From: Isurus oxyrinchus
Taxonomy: Eukaryota
Assembly: GCA_026770705.1 (NCBI GenBank)
Contig: JANJGN010000007.1
Location: forward strand, 68,944,001 to 69,008,000
Length of the DNA stretch: 64,000 nucleotides
Reading direction: 5' to 3'
The notes under the pieces are model-generated. The model was not told the origin of the DNA. It was given only the letters and a program-made list of their open reading frames with translations, and searched no databases. Position numbers and translations under genes: made by a program. Positions 26,311 through 38,094 of the stretch are shown here, in pieces. Position 1 is the first letter of the stretch; each line of letters begins with the position of its first letter.

Positions 26311-26499
26311 GGGCCCTATTTTAACTCTGTGCAAGTTTTGAGTGAGTTAAAATCTCACCCTATGGCCAGGATTTGCCCGTCTCACCCGCCGCAGGACCAG
26401 AAATTCCCACCCAAAGTCAACAGACCTTTGGCTGGCCTGTCAAATTTTCCATCCCGCCCATGTCGATGCCACTGTGGACGGGACCAGAAAATCCCAGCC
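26311..26499. mobile_element. Two adjacent short MITEs (26311-26360, 26364-26499), each bounded by TAT (PIF/Harbinger-like)
   Basis: tat[gggccctattttaactc..gagttaaaatctcaccc]tat[ggccaggattt..aaatcccagcc]tat: imperfect TIRs and 3-bp flanking repeats. Confidence 0.65.
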
Positions 26500-26859
26500 T
26501 ATGTCTCCAAAAACTACTAGTGAAATGGCTATGGATATAGAGTTCTTATGTTGAATAATATTTAAACAATGTTATTAACTTGAAATAACTGATCTCTCAT
26601 ACAAATGAGAAAAGTTATTTGAATGCTGGCAGTGTTTCCTGGAGGTCTTCACCTTTCTGGTATCAGGATAAACTGACAATATTGGAATCCCAGAAATGCA
26701 CACAACTGCACAAATGACAGCATGCTGCAAGGCCTAACTAGACATTGTTGAAGCAGAGTCCAGATGCACCTTCAAAATAGAGTTAGATGGTGACTGAAAA
26801 AATAGGACTGTTAAACTGTACAAGGAAACATAAGAAAGAAAGATAGAGGGAAAGATAGA

Positions 26860-27275
26860 TTGTATTTATTTAGCGTTTTTCATGACCACCAGATGTCTCA
26901 AAATGATTTACAGTCATCGAAGTTCTTTTGAAGTGTAGTGTAATGTTGGAAACAGGGCAGTCAGTTGTGCACAGCAAGCCTCCAGAAGCAGCAATGTGAT
27001 AACTGTTTTTGTGATGTTGATTGAGGGATAAATATTGCCAAAATATTGAGGATAACTAACCTGTTCTTTTTTGAAAGAGTGCCATGGGTTTTATTATGAC
27101 CGGATCCTTGGTTTAAGCCTAATCTGAAAGACAGCACATTCTACAGTGCAGCACTCCCTCGGTATTGCACAGGAGTGTCAGCCTTGATTTTTGTGCTCAA
27201 GTCCTAGAGTGGGACTTGGACCCAGAATCTTGTGACTTAAGAAGTAAGAGTGCTATTTAATGAGCCATTCCTAAC
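26860..27275 (-). mobile_element. tRNA-derived SINE (SacSINE1/DeuSINE-like)
   Basis: Reverse complement of the 3432/44337 family, including the head (gagtgggacttggaccca) and the tail. Confidence 0.85.
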
Positions 27276-29279
27276 ACAAAAAGTACAAGATTAGACAAGA
27301 GGTCTGGTGTCAATAAAACACCAATTCAGACCTGATGTGCAAAATTATCTGTTTGTGTGGCAATATTCTGTAATCCTACGTGCACTTGAAAGTTTCTACG
27401 CTATAATTAAGTGTGCAGACACCATACATTGTTGTCCTACTTACTTCTTCATAATGGTGACCACTGTTAGTTTCATTTATTATTAATTAAAAATCTGGGC
27501 CAATACTTTTAATGATTTCAAACTTCAGTTAGACATCCCTTTTCCTTTGAAACAGGAAGGCTTCTTTCCTCCCCTTCCTTTGCACATTGGCCTTTCATTG
27601 ACACTTAAGAAGAACACAGTTCTGCCAACCATGCCTGGTATATTGGTCCCTGTTCTATTTTCATGTGCTGACAGACTGTGTGCTTGATTTTTTTCTGTTT
27701 TTATTTTACGTTTGCTCCATTAACAGTTCTCCCTTTTTACTTGTATGTGTATCCTTGCAGGCTTTTATTTTGGAAATTATTTAGCTGTGTTTGTGAGTTT
27801 TGATATTTTACTGGCTTCTAGTTGCATCCCTAAGAACATCTTTACATATCATCTATCATTTTTCATTTCTTTTCAGCTCTTTGCTTAACCAATTCTTTGT
27901 TTTGTTCAACCCTATTAAAGGGGCTCCCACATCTTTCAGTTTCCCTTTCTGCTGAACGGTTCACATTTAGATAGAAAGAACTTTCATTTATATAGCAACT
28001 TTCACATTCTCTGGCTGGCCCAAAGCATTTCATAGCCAACTAATTACTTGTGAAGTGTAATTATCACCAATCTGGAATTGAAACTTGCTGCTTAACATAT
28101 TTTTATATAGACTGCTTGATGAATCTTGAAATTTTCTTTCTATAGAAAGAAATGTATATTCAATTACCAAGGAAGCAGCTCAATAGGACAATTACAATAA
28201 CAGCAGTGAGCCTAAGCAAGCGTGTGTTATGCAGGTCAAGCCCAACAAACTAATTGGAACAGTTTGAAAAGGCAACAGAATAAATACATATATGAATATG
28301 ATTTATATATTTGGGCTTTCTGAAGCTATTTGATAAGATGCCTCACAAGACACTGTGATGTCCTGTTTGGCTCAAAGAAGAAGTTGTAATTTGGGTTTTA
28401 TGTTGGATGGGTAGCATGCAAGGCAACCAAGACTACTGCTACCCTTGGATCTTTAACCAAATGTGAGTCAGGAGAAAACATGGAGGACGAAACAACAACT
28501 GTAACTGAGAGAACAGATTAGCAATCTGTTCCCACATGGTCTCCATTTGTGGTATTCTGAGATAAGTAATGATTTTCTCTGCCTCCCTGTGGATACACAG
28601 CTGCTCTCCTCTCACCATTTCCTGACAACAGTTCAGCTAAGACTAGTGACTCAGTGGAATGGATAATGTCCTATCCTCATTTGTGAGGATAAACAGTGGC
28701 TTGTCATAGGTTAACTAAGAGTGTGTGAATTATTGCGTGTATGTATGGGACTGAGGCATTTGTCACAACTGAGCCTGATCCTTTGCTAATACTTATGTAT
28801 TATGCAGTAAATTGAGCAAGTACATCACTGAGTAATCATTCTTTCCCTATTCCAACCCTATTCCCTATTTGCAATCTCTAGTTGAGATAAACTAACTCAA
28901 CAAAGACCAGAGCTTAAGCCTAGGTCCTCCTGATCTAATAGCTGAGGACCACATCCAATGACAAGCTTGGAATAACAGTTATTGTTGGGCAAGAGAATTT
29001 CACAACAATTTATTGATAGATGCCTGCTATTCATTATATTTACTTACAATGAAGGAAGATGTTGTAAATAAAGTTGACAAAAAGTAGCATATTTTAATGA
29101 GAGCAATGAATGAAGGAGACATACAGAAATATAATTACTGGACTCATCCATTGTCAGGGACTATATAGCATTGGTTATTCATGCTAAAATGGCAAAATAA
29201 AGAGTGCATCAGAAACAATTTGCATTTCTTGAGCACTTCTGATATGCAGTAAGGCATTTATAATTTTTTTTAAAGTGGA

Positions 29280-29760
29280 TGCAGCGCAGAGGGTGTCAGG
29301 AAAACTATCAGATTACAGATAAAAGGCACAGACAAAGAGAAGAGGTGTAACAGGAATTGTTTTGGACTGTGATTGAGCGTCAAAGTCAACCATCATCTCA
29401 TTATATGGCAATGACTGACAAGGCAAACAGAATGTTAAATGCAGTTAGTATAAAGCATTTTGTCCCATTTTGAGAAGGCAGTCTGGAAAATATTTGAAAT
29501 GAGGGTGATAAGAATATTTCAGGTGTTAGATTACTGAACTATAAAAGAAGGCCTAAAGAGCATGGATAATGTGATTGCAAGTAGATGTTTAACTTAGTAT
29601 GAGGAATTAGAGGAGCCAATTGCAAAATTAACAAGCACCACACTAGAGTAAGCATATAAAGAAACTTGTAATTTTGCACAGAATAATGAGTTAATGCAAT
29701 GGATTCCCAATCAAAACAGTAAATGAGTCTCTAATTAAATGGACAATAAAAATGGTCCAA
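29280..29760 (+). mobile_element. Very old CR1 RT 3' fragment
   Basis: Decayed CR1-like text (aaggcaaacagaatgtta, gagggtgataagaatatt, atgaggaattagagg). Confidence 0.45.
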
Positions 29761-30229
29761 AATAAGCAACTTAAGTGGCCATTAATTGGCACACTCTTCC
29801 CTCGCCACTGGTAAAATTGCAGCAGGGGTGGGCAGGGAGACATGGTTATTACACCCATGGCATTTTACAGATGCCCTTCTGGAGGAAGAAGGACCCCCCC
29901 CCACCCCCAAAAGCCTGCAAATCCACCCTGGGATGGCTATAAAATCCAGCCTTTGGTGTGCCAAGATGTGCAAACTCTTGCTATCAAATTCCACATGAAA
30001 AGCTGAACTTAAATTAAAGCAATGGGAATTAAATGTAAAACCTGCTGAAAGTTGGTTGAATATGTATCCTTTGTATTTTGGTGCCCCAAAGCTAAACATC
30101 ATAGAAAAGGTGTGGTCTGAACAGAGTGCCATACTGTTTTAGCATTGCATCCTCCAACTTGTTCTCTCCTGGCTTTGCTTTCTAATTCAGTATTCATTTT
30201 TTATGTTAATCTGTCCTCTTTGGTGACTG

Positions 30230-31180
30230 GCTATTCAGGTCTCTTTCTTGAGAGGACTTGCTAAGTAGTGATATTGGAAGGAAGTGGGATACTGTGTGGA
30301 TACTCCAAGACTCAGTACTAGTATCAGTACCATTGTTAATCTACATTAACATCTTGGATTTGGAAGCTCAATACACACTGGTCACAGAAAATATCTAACT
30401 AGAGGAGGCTCTGGAACCTGGTATTGATTTTTGTTAGCCAAAGGTACTCAGGTATATGGGGGTTAGGCTGCAGATTAGTCATGATGTCATTGAACAGCAG
30501 AACAGACCTATGGGGGCTAAATAGTCTACTCCTGTTTCTATGTTGTCATCTGAAGATGCAGCCGAAGAATATGTAAATTGCCTGACAGGTGGCAGGTGAA
30601 ACAATGCAGATAAGTGTAAAGTACTGCACATTAAAAAGTAGATGTTTTATATATATATATTCAATAAATCATGTGGAATTGACACAGTGAAATACCAAAA
30701 GACATGAATGTCCATTTGTAGCAATGAACGCAGCAAATCAATTGCTGAATTACATAACCAAAACATCAGCGTACATGTCAAAGGCTGTAATGTGAAAACA
30801 GAACAACACTCTAATTAGACCACATCATAAGTGCTGTGCCGAGCTTTGGCTACCAAATCACAAAGGAAGCAATGTAGCCTTAGAGACATTACAAAGAGCA
30901 GCATAGCTGACCTCCAGCATTAGTGAATTAAGTTAGGAAGAAAGACTAAAAATACTTGGACTAATCTGTCTCAAAAGTAACAAATTAATAAGTGATTGTT
31001 ACTTAAAATAGCAAACTAGAAGAAAAGGTTAATCTGGAAGTAGTACTTTGACAATAATCATGGCACTTGGATGAGAGGACACAAGTTCAAACTGGAAAAG
31101 GCCAATTTAGGATTGAAATCAGCAAGTTCTTCACACAAAGGGTGACTAACATTGAATGGATTTCAGGATAGGGTAGTATC
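30230..31180 (+). mobile_element. Old CR1 RT fragments with an inserted CR1 3' end (~30410-30545)
   Basis: Decayed QDSVL, DKCKVLH and LIRPH motifs; gaggacacaagttcaaactgg..ttcttcacacaaagggtg. Confidence 0.6.
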
Positions 31181-31650
31181 ACATGGAATACACAGCACAG
31201 AAACAGACTATTGGCCCAATTTTGTGATGCCAGTGTTTATACACCATATAAGTCTCCCTCACCCCTCAGCATAGCCTTCCTTCCTTTCTCGTGTTTAGCT
31301 CCTCCTTCAATGCCTTTACGCTAATCGCCTCAACTACTCCTGGTGGTAGAGAATTCCAGATTCTAACCAAAGGTTTCTTCTGAATTCCCTATTGGATTTG
31401 TTAGTGTTTTTTTTATTCATCATGGCATGTGGACGTTGCTGGCTAGGCCAGCATTTATTGTCCATCCCTAATTGCTCTTGAGAAGGTGGTGGCGAGCCAT
31501 AAGTGCCTATTATATATTAATAGCTCCTCTTTTGGATTCCCCCACAAGTAGAAATGTTTACCCTATCAGGTCACCCTTCAGTCTTCCCCTTTCTAAAGAA
31601 AATCACCCTAACCTGTTCAATCTTTCCTTTTGGGTGTAAGCACTCAGTTC
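31180..31650 (-). mobile_element. CR1 3' end (antisense) interrupted by a Zenon-like 3' tail fragment (~31410-31500)
   Basis: cacagcacagaaacag..ggccc tail; gacgttgctggctaggccagcatttattgtccatccctaattgctcttgagaaggtgg is the antisense Zenon-like 3' end. Confidence 0.65.
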
Positions 31651-31774
31651 TGGTATCATTCAGTTGGTGCAAAAAATCCTGAATTGACCTAGGAAATGGA
31701 GACTGTGAAGGGAGCATACCGTAAAAAGAAAAATAATTTGCATCTGTATAACACCTTATCATGATTCTTGACAC

Positions 31775-32080
31775 TTCAGATACACTTGAAGTGCAGTGAC
31801 ATGGACACAATTTGGATATTGAAGCCTTACAAACAGCAATGAGATGAATGACCAGTTAACCTGTTTTCCTTGTGTTGGTTGAGGGATTGATGTTGACTTT
31901 GTAGAAAGCTGCCAGTTCTTTTTAAGCAATGTGATGGAATTTTGAACGCTTTCCTCAACATGCTGATGGGCACCTTTGACAGTAGAACATCCCCTCAATA
32001 CTTCACTGAAGTATGATCTTAAATTATCAGCTCAATTTAAACTCCCAACTTTTGACTTCAGGTGGGAATGCTACTCAGCC
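31775..32080 (-). mobile_element. Degenerate SacSINE1-like SINE
   Basis: Matches the antisense family text (ttgaagtgcagtgac..cagcaatgagatgaatgacc..ggttgagggattgatgttg). Confidence 0.65.
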
Positions 32081-32224
32081 AAAATTTTGTATGAAGGTGT
32101 TTGGATGGGCTGTCTCTTTTTATGTTGTCATCCATGAAGTGCACTGGTTGCTAGGACTAAGAAAATGTCTTCCCTGGAGAGCAAACAGCCAAAATTTAAT
32201 AGTGGAGAAGGAAAATATTGTAGG

Positions 32225-32335
32225 TGCTGAAAATCTGAAGTAAAAAAAGAAAATGCTGGAAATACCTAGCAGGCCTGGCAGCATCTGTGGAGAGGAAAGC
32301 AGAGTTAATGTTTCAGGTCTGTGGCCATGCATCAT
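32225..32335 (-). mobile_element. Penelope-like terminus relic with decayed hammerhead
   Basis: Reverse complement tgatg..gacctgaaacattaactctgctttcctctccacagatgctgccaggcctgct..ttccagcatttt parallels 50790-50910. Confidence 0.7.
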
Positions 32336-32537
32336 AATAATTGAGGCGTGGGAGTCAATAAGTCCTCTGGAGTTTCATTTGGTTTTCTCTGCGGGTGGGA
32401 ATAAGTTTTGCAGACCTCTCCTTTAAGAGGTTAAATGAGTCCATAGTTGAGTAAATGTCGTATGACCTAGGAAAGGGGTGAGCTAGATGGGCTATGTGGT
32501 TTCACGCTTTCTCTTGTTCTTAAGCAATCAATTGATT

Positions 32538-32872
32538 TCACACATGTCGCTATTCATGAGCCAGCCTACAGAGAGTTGGTAGGTTAATGGAAGCTGAGCA
32601 CAATCTTGTCCTCTCAACCCAATGTTTATGTGTGTATTCCCTGCAAAAATTGGAGGAAAGCTGTCAGGAGTAGGACTCTGCTGTTTTTCGCCCTCCACAG
32701 AGATACTCGGGCCAATTTTCAGGCCCCTTCTTTCTCCCAGCAGCAATCATCCAGTTTGTCATAGACTTGGGATTGAAGGACCTTCCTGCGCTGTGCGATA
32801 CCACCACTCACAGTCTTAACCTGCAGTGATTCATATTAGGAAATGTCCTTATTTAAGTGAGGACATAATTAC
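32538..32872. repeat. Local direct duplication, copy 1 (partner 34117-34460)
   Basis: About 335 bp alignable throughout, e.g. ggagtaggactctgctgttttt and caattttcaggccccttctttctcccagc are identical in both copies. Confidence 0.92.
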
Positions 32873-34116
32873 AATTGATTTCTTGAGATATAGTTCATGT
32901 TTGTAAAGATATTTATGTTGAGCGTAAGATAACTAGGGTATATGATTAATTAGAAACAGCAAGCTAAGTCAAATTTTAGGACCAACTCATTTATATTTGG
33001 AGTTTAGAATACACTGACTTGATCACCAGTGAACAAAGACTTGAACCATTCCCAGTTCAATATGATGTGCACGGTTGTTAAACATGAGCTGAATGAATTT
33101 TTCTTATTTACGTCTTCCAACATTTTAAACACAAGTACCACTGAAATGTGAAGCGCGTTTCTTGATAGGCTGAGATTAATCTTATGTAAGTTTTGTTCTT
33201 ATGCAGAGTAACCTTCTGACATTTATTTATGGAATTGAACCTACTCCCAAGAAATTAAATTCTCTCCTCTAGCTCACTTATGATTACCCCATCTCCAAGT
33301 TAGCGTTTCCCACCCATATGTTTTACACATTGTGCCTCTTTTTTTTTTGAATTCTCTCAGTCACTTTGATTTGTCCCTGCAACTCACTCCTCACTTTGTT
33401 ACTTTTCTGTCTTTCACCTGCTATTATCACTTCGCTAACTCAATTCTTTTTAGTTTGCCTTTACAAGGCAGTTTTATATCTTAGCCTGAATCAATTTCCT
33501 TACCTTACTTTGTCTACCAGACTGGGTATGATAACATGATAATTAACAGACTCTATTGTGCTCAGAAGCTTGTGAATAATCAGTTGCTTTGAAGCAAATT
33601 TCTCTCCTACAGTGTTTTAAATTAGATTCTAAGAATTTAATGGTTCTCTTATCAAAACTTGCAAGTGTTGCTATGTAACATTTGGGGAGTATTTTTTTAA
33701 ATTTGTGTTTAAAATTTAGGAAATGTTTTGCCTGATGATTCAGTGGGCAGTGATTCAGTGCTCAAAGGCTGAGTGCAGTACTGATCTGTGCACAACAGGG
33801 AGGGTGAGAATTAATCATTTGTCTGTGTTGAATTAGCTGCTGTCAGCCAAAATAACAGAAGGGGCCAGATAGTTGTTCTGTGTAGCTTGTTAGAATTTCG
33901 AAAGTGCAAATATAAGTCAGTACATTTATTAAAGGCAGATTTAGATGAGACAATTTCTCATTCAAACAATATCCAAGTTATCAAAACGCTCTCAAAAATA
34001 TTTCAGTTGAAGGCCTTTTAGAAATAATTCTTTCTAGCCACTTTTCATTTCTCCTCTCCTGAAGGTGGTGACTTCTTAGTAGTATATGGTTACACTGGCA
34101 CCAGACATCTGGTACC

Positions 34117-34460
34117 TCACACATGTCACCATTCATGTGCCAGACTACAGAGAGGTGGTAGGTTAATGGAAGGTATCACAGCTGAGCATAATCTTGTCCT
34201 CTCAGCCCAGTGTTTATGTGTGTATCTGCTGCTAAAGTTGGAGGATAGCTGTCGGGAGTAGGACTCTGCTGTTTTTTTCCCTCCACAGAGATACTCAGAC
34301 CAATTTTCAGGCCCCTTCTTTCTCCCAGCTGTAATCCTCCAGTTTATCAAAAACTTGGGTTTGAAGGACTTTCCTGGACTGTATGACTCCACCACTCACA
34401 TTCTTAACCTGCAGAGACTCATACCAGGAAATGTCCTTATTCAAGAAAGGACATAATTGC
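34117..34460. repeat. Local direct duplication, copy 2 (old SINE-like sequence plus start of the adjacent CR1)
   Basis: Aligns to 32538-32872. Confidence 0.92.
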
Positions 34461-34960
34461 ATTAGAATTGGTTCAGAGAAGGTTCACTCAACTGATTCCT
34501 GGGATGAAGGAGTTATCCTATAAGGAATGGTCAGACAGTTTAGACCTGTATCCATTGGAATTTAGAAGAATGAGAGGTGATCTTATTGAAACATATAAGA
34601 TCCTTAGGGGACTTGACAAGGTGGATGGTGAGAGGATGTTTCCCCTTGTGGGAGAGACTCGAATTAGGAGAAACAGTTTAAAAATTAGGAGTCTCCCTTT
34701 TAAGATGGAGATTAGGATAATTTTTTTCTCTGAGGGTTGGGAATCTGTGGAATTCTCTTCCCCAGAGTGAGGTGGAGACTGAGTCATTGAATATTTTTAC
34801 GGCAGATGTGGATAGATTCATGACGAATAAGTCAAAGTGGGTAGGCAGGAAAGTGGAGTTGCGGCCACCATCAGATCAGCCATGACCTTATCAAATGGCA
34901 GAGCAAGCTCGAGGGGTCAAATGGCCTATTCCTGCTCCTAATTTGTATGTCTGTTCCTAA
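34430..34960 (+). mobile_element. CR1 LINE 3' end
   Basis: VQRRFTQLIPGMKELSY..RRMRGDLIETYKILRGLDKVD followed by the 3' UTR cctattcctgctcct. Confidence 0.92.
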
Positions 34961-35759
34961 GTTCCTAGTAAAGGGAGAATGAAACAAGATGAATTTTTCA
35001 ATCTTTTATTATAAATTAAGGGAAATAGTTTCAAAATTGATTAATTTGGAAGCCTTGACTAATTCAGTTAAAGTCTTCAAAAGTTCACTAACCCAAAGTA
35101 TGTTGCTTTTCTTCTTCTTCTGTTGAAGAATCCACTTAACAATGTCATAAGTCCAATAAATATTGTAAAAGAATCAAAAGTTGCCTCACACCAATATCTA
35201 ATAATTTACTCGTTGTAAACTGGGGAGTGAGTAGGATTAATCATATTGCTATTAGATGAGTAATTGCATTTTCTTCCTTATTTCTTTTACTCTGTATGAC
35301 AAAAGATTATAGTCCAAGTTGATTAGTTCTATGAAACCACATACTATTCACAAACATTGTTTCATATATGAGGACAGCAGTCTTCTTCAGTGTCTTGTCT
35401 TACTGAGAGTCTTTCTTGAACTGGTTAGAAATAGCAGCCTACAGTACTTGGCAGTCACATGACTACAGTGAGCTATGTAGTACACTTAGTAAGATTGCAT
35501 TTTCAAAACCCCAAGCACCCCCCTTTTCATATCTAGCAAAAGGTACAAACATGCCCCTTTTCCTAGCAAACAAAAACTCATTTGCATGCACGATCCTGTG
35601 TGACTGTGAGTTACCCAAGTTACCCACTATACACCCGCTGTTTTCATGGGCTAACAACTGTTTGTTCCATTAATCAGACACTGCACATGCATTGCATACA
35701 TAGTCTTTAAATCATGCAGGTCTCTTGATGATGCATGTGCACGTTAAAATTGGCCGTTT

Positions 35760-37214
35760 GTCTGGGTGATGTTCTTTGTCCGGAGAGTGTTGTTCCCGAG
35801 GCCATTGTTGCCTTGTATACATCTGTGCTGGATTTGCTCGTTTTCTCAATGAGAACTTTGGCAATTTTCATTGCTGCCTCAGCCTTTCCATGCAACTGGG
35901 GATAGTGCGGAGACAATGTATTTGCAGAATTTCCCAATCCTATGTGAATTGGCTGAACTCTTCACTTATGAACGGAGGGCTATTATCACTCATCATCTGG
36001 AATGCCATCCTGACTGAAGTGGACTTTCAAGCATTCAACTATTTCTCTCATCATCGTTGAAGTCAGCTGGTCTAACTCCCAGTAGTCAGAATAGTAATGC
36101 ACAGTTAATCAGTTAACAAGATAATCAGTTCCTGCCAAAATGAAAAGGTCTACTCTCAGCTTCATCCATGGTCCATCTGGGATGTCATGCGTCACCAATG
36201 ACTCTCTAGCTTGTTTAACTTGGCACTTGGTACAAGCACCACACTGGCCAATGCAGTCTTTAATTTTATTATTCATGTTTGGCCAGTAAAGCACATCTCC
36301 TGCCTTTATCAGGGTCGATCCAATTCCTTGGTGACTTGCATGGATACGCTGCAGCATCTCCCGTCTCATCTCCTGAGGGATGATGACTCTATTTCTTTTG
36401 TTCAAGATGCCATCTTGAGCTGTCAATTCAACTCAATATGCCCAATATGCTCTTTTGATCACAGATGTGTCCTTGATGCTCTTGGGCCATCCTTTCATCA
36501 TTACTTCTTGTAGTGCTTGTACAGTTGTATGAGTTGGGTAGTTCGCTTGATTTGAGCAACATTCTTTACAGTCACTTTGGAGCAGATAGTAGCGGTTTGT
36601 GAAAAATGCTCTGAAGAGGCTTGTGGTTGGACTCCACTGTTACTTTGTCTCCCCCAAGTAGGTGTTGATGAAAATGCCCACAGGCAAAAATAATAGCCAG
36701 GCTCTCTTTCTCAATCTGAGTGTAGTGCCGTTCTGTTTGCATTAGTGCCCTGGGTGCAAATATGACCGGTCTTTGCTGTATCAGAGTTACTCCCAGATCT
36801 GTCTCGCTGGTGTCACACTGCAAGGTGACTTCATCATTGACATCATAGTACTTCAGCACTGGCACTGTTGTCACTAGCTGTTTGATTTTCGCTGTTTCTT
36901 GTTCTGTTCCCTAATACCACAGCACATCCTTGGCAGTGAGGTTGCGTAATGGTTCACACTCAGTTGACAAATTAGGCAAAAATTTAGCTAAATAATTCAT
37001 GAATCCAATAAATCATTGCACTGCTTTCACATCTGTTGGTCACTGCATTGCTGCTAGAGCTCTCACCTTGTCAGGATCCGGGCAAAGACCTTTTACTGTC
37101 AGTACATGACCTATGTGCATGATATTTCCAGTTGCAATTTGTTCTTGTTCAGCTTCAGATTCATCTGACGGGCTCTCTCCAGCAGTCATATTAAATTTTG
37201 ATCATGGTCCGCTA
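35760..37214 (-). mobile_element. Ty3/Gypsy LTR-retrotransposon pol remnant (RT end, RNase H, integrase)
   Basis: PVLKYYDVNDEVTLQCD..HYTQIEKESLAIIFAC..ESNHKPLQSIF (RNase H) and IHASHQG..YWPNM..CGAC..PWMKLRVDLF (integrase zinc finger/core). Order RT-RH-IN is Gypsy-type. Confidence 0.92.
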
Positions 37215-38094
37215 TAGAAACTAGGAGCAGGAGTAGGCCATTCGGCCGTTCGAGCCTGCTCCGCCATTCAATATGATCATGGCTGATCCTCTACCTCAAC
37301 ACCATATTCCTACTTTCTCTCCATAACCCTTGATGCCCCTAATATCGAAAAATTTATCAATTTCTTCCTTGAATATACTCAATGGCCCGGCCTCCACAGC
37401 CTTCTATAGTAGAGAATTCCACAGGTTGACCACCCACTGAGTGAAGAAATTTTTCCTCATCTCCATCCTAAATGGCCTGCCCCGTATCCTGACACTGCGG
37501 CCCCTGGTACAAGACTCCCCAGCCAGGGGAAACATCCTCCCTGAACCTAGTCTATCTAGCTCTGTTAGAATTTTATACGTTTCAATCAGATCCCCTCTCA
37601 TTCTTCTGAAGTCTAGTGAATACAGGCCTAGTCGAACCAATCTCTCCTCATACAACAGTCCTGCCATCCCTGATATCAGCCTAGTGAATCTTTGCTGCAC
37701 TCTCTCCATGGCAAATACATCCTTTCTTAGGTAAGGAGACCAAAACTGCGCACACTACTCCAGGTGTGGTCTCACCAAGGCGCTGTATAACTGCAGGTAA
37801 GACATCCCTACTTCTGAACTCAAATCCTCTTCCAATGAAGACCAACGTACCATTTGCCTTCCTAATTGCTTGCTGCACCTGCCTATTTACTTACATTGAC
37901 ATGTGTGCAAGGACACCCAGATCCCTTCGTACATCTGCATTTCCCAATATATCACCATTTAAGTAATACTCTGTCTTTCTGTTTTTCACACAGAAGCATA
38001 TAACTTCACATTTATCCACGTTATACTGCATCTGCCATGTGTTTGCCCACACACACAACTTGTCTAAATCACCCTGAAGCCTCCTTGCATCCTC
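37215..38094 (-). mobile_element. CR1 LINE copy A (3' part; its 5' stub lies at 40251-40279)
   Basis: ERVQQRFTRLISGMAGL..RGDLIETYKIL..FFTQWVVNLWNSL and the CR1 3' UTR. Confidence 0.92.

Noticed and set aside
35500-35530. Gypsy polypurine tract and 3' LTR start (minus strand gaaaagggggg-tg)
   Set aside because: No matching second LTR or TSD could be found by eye.
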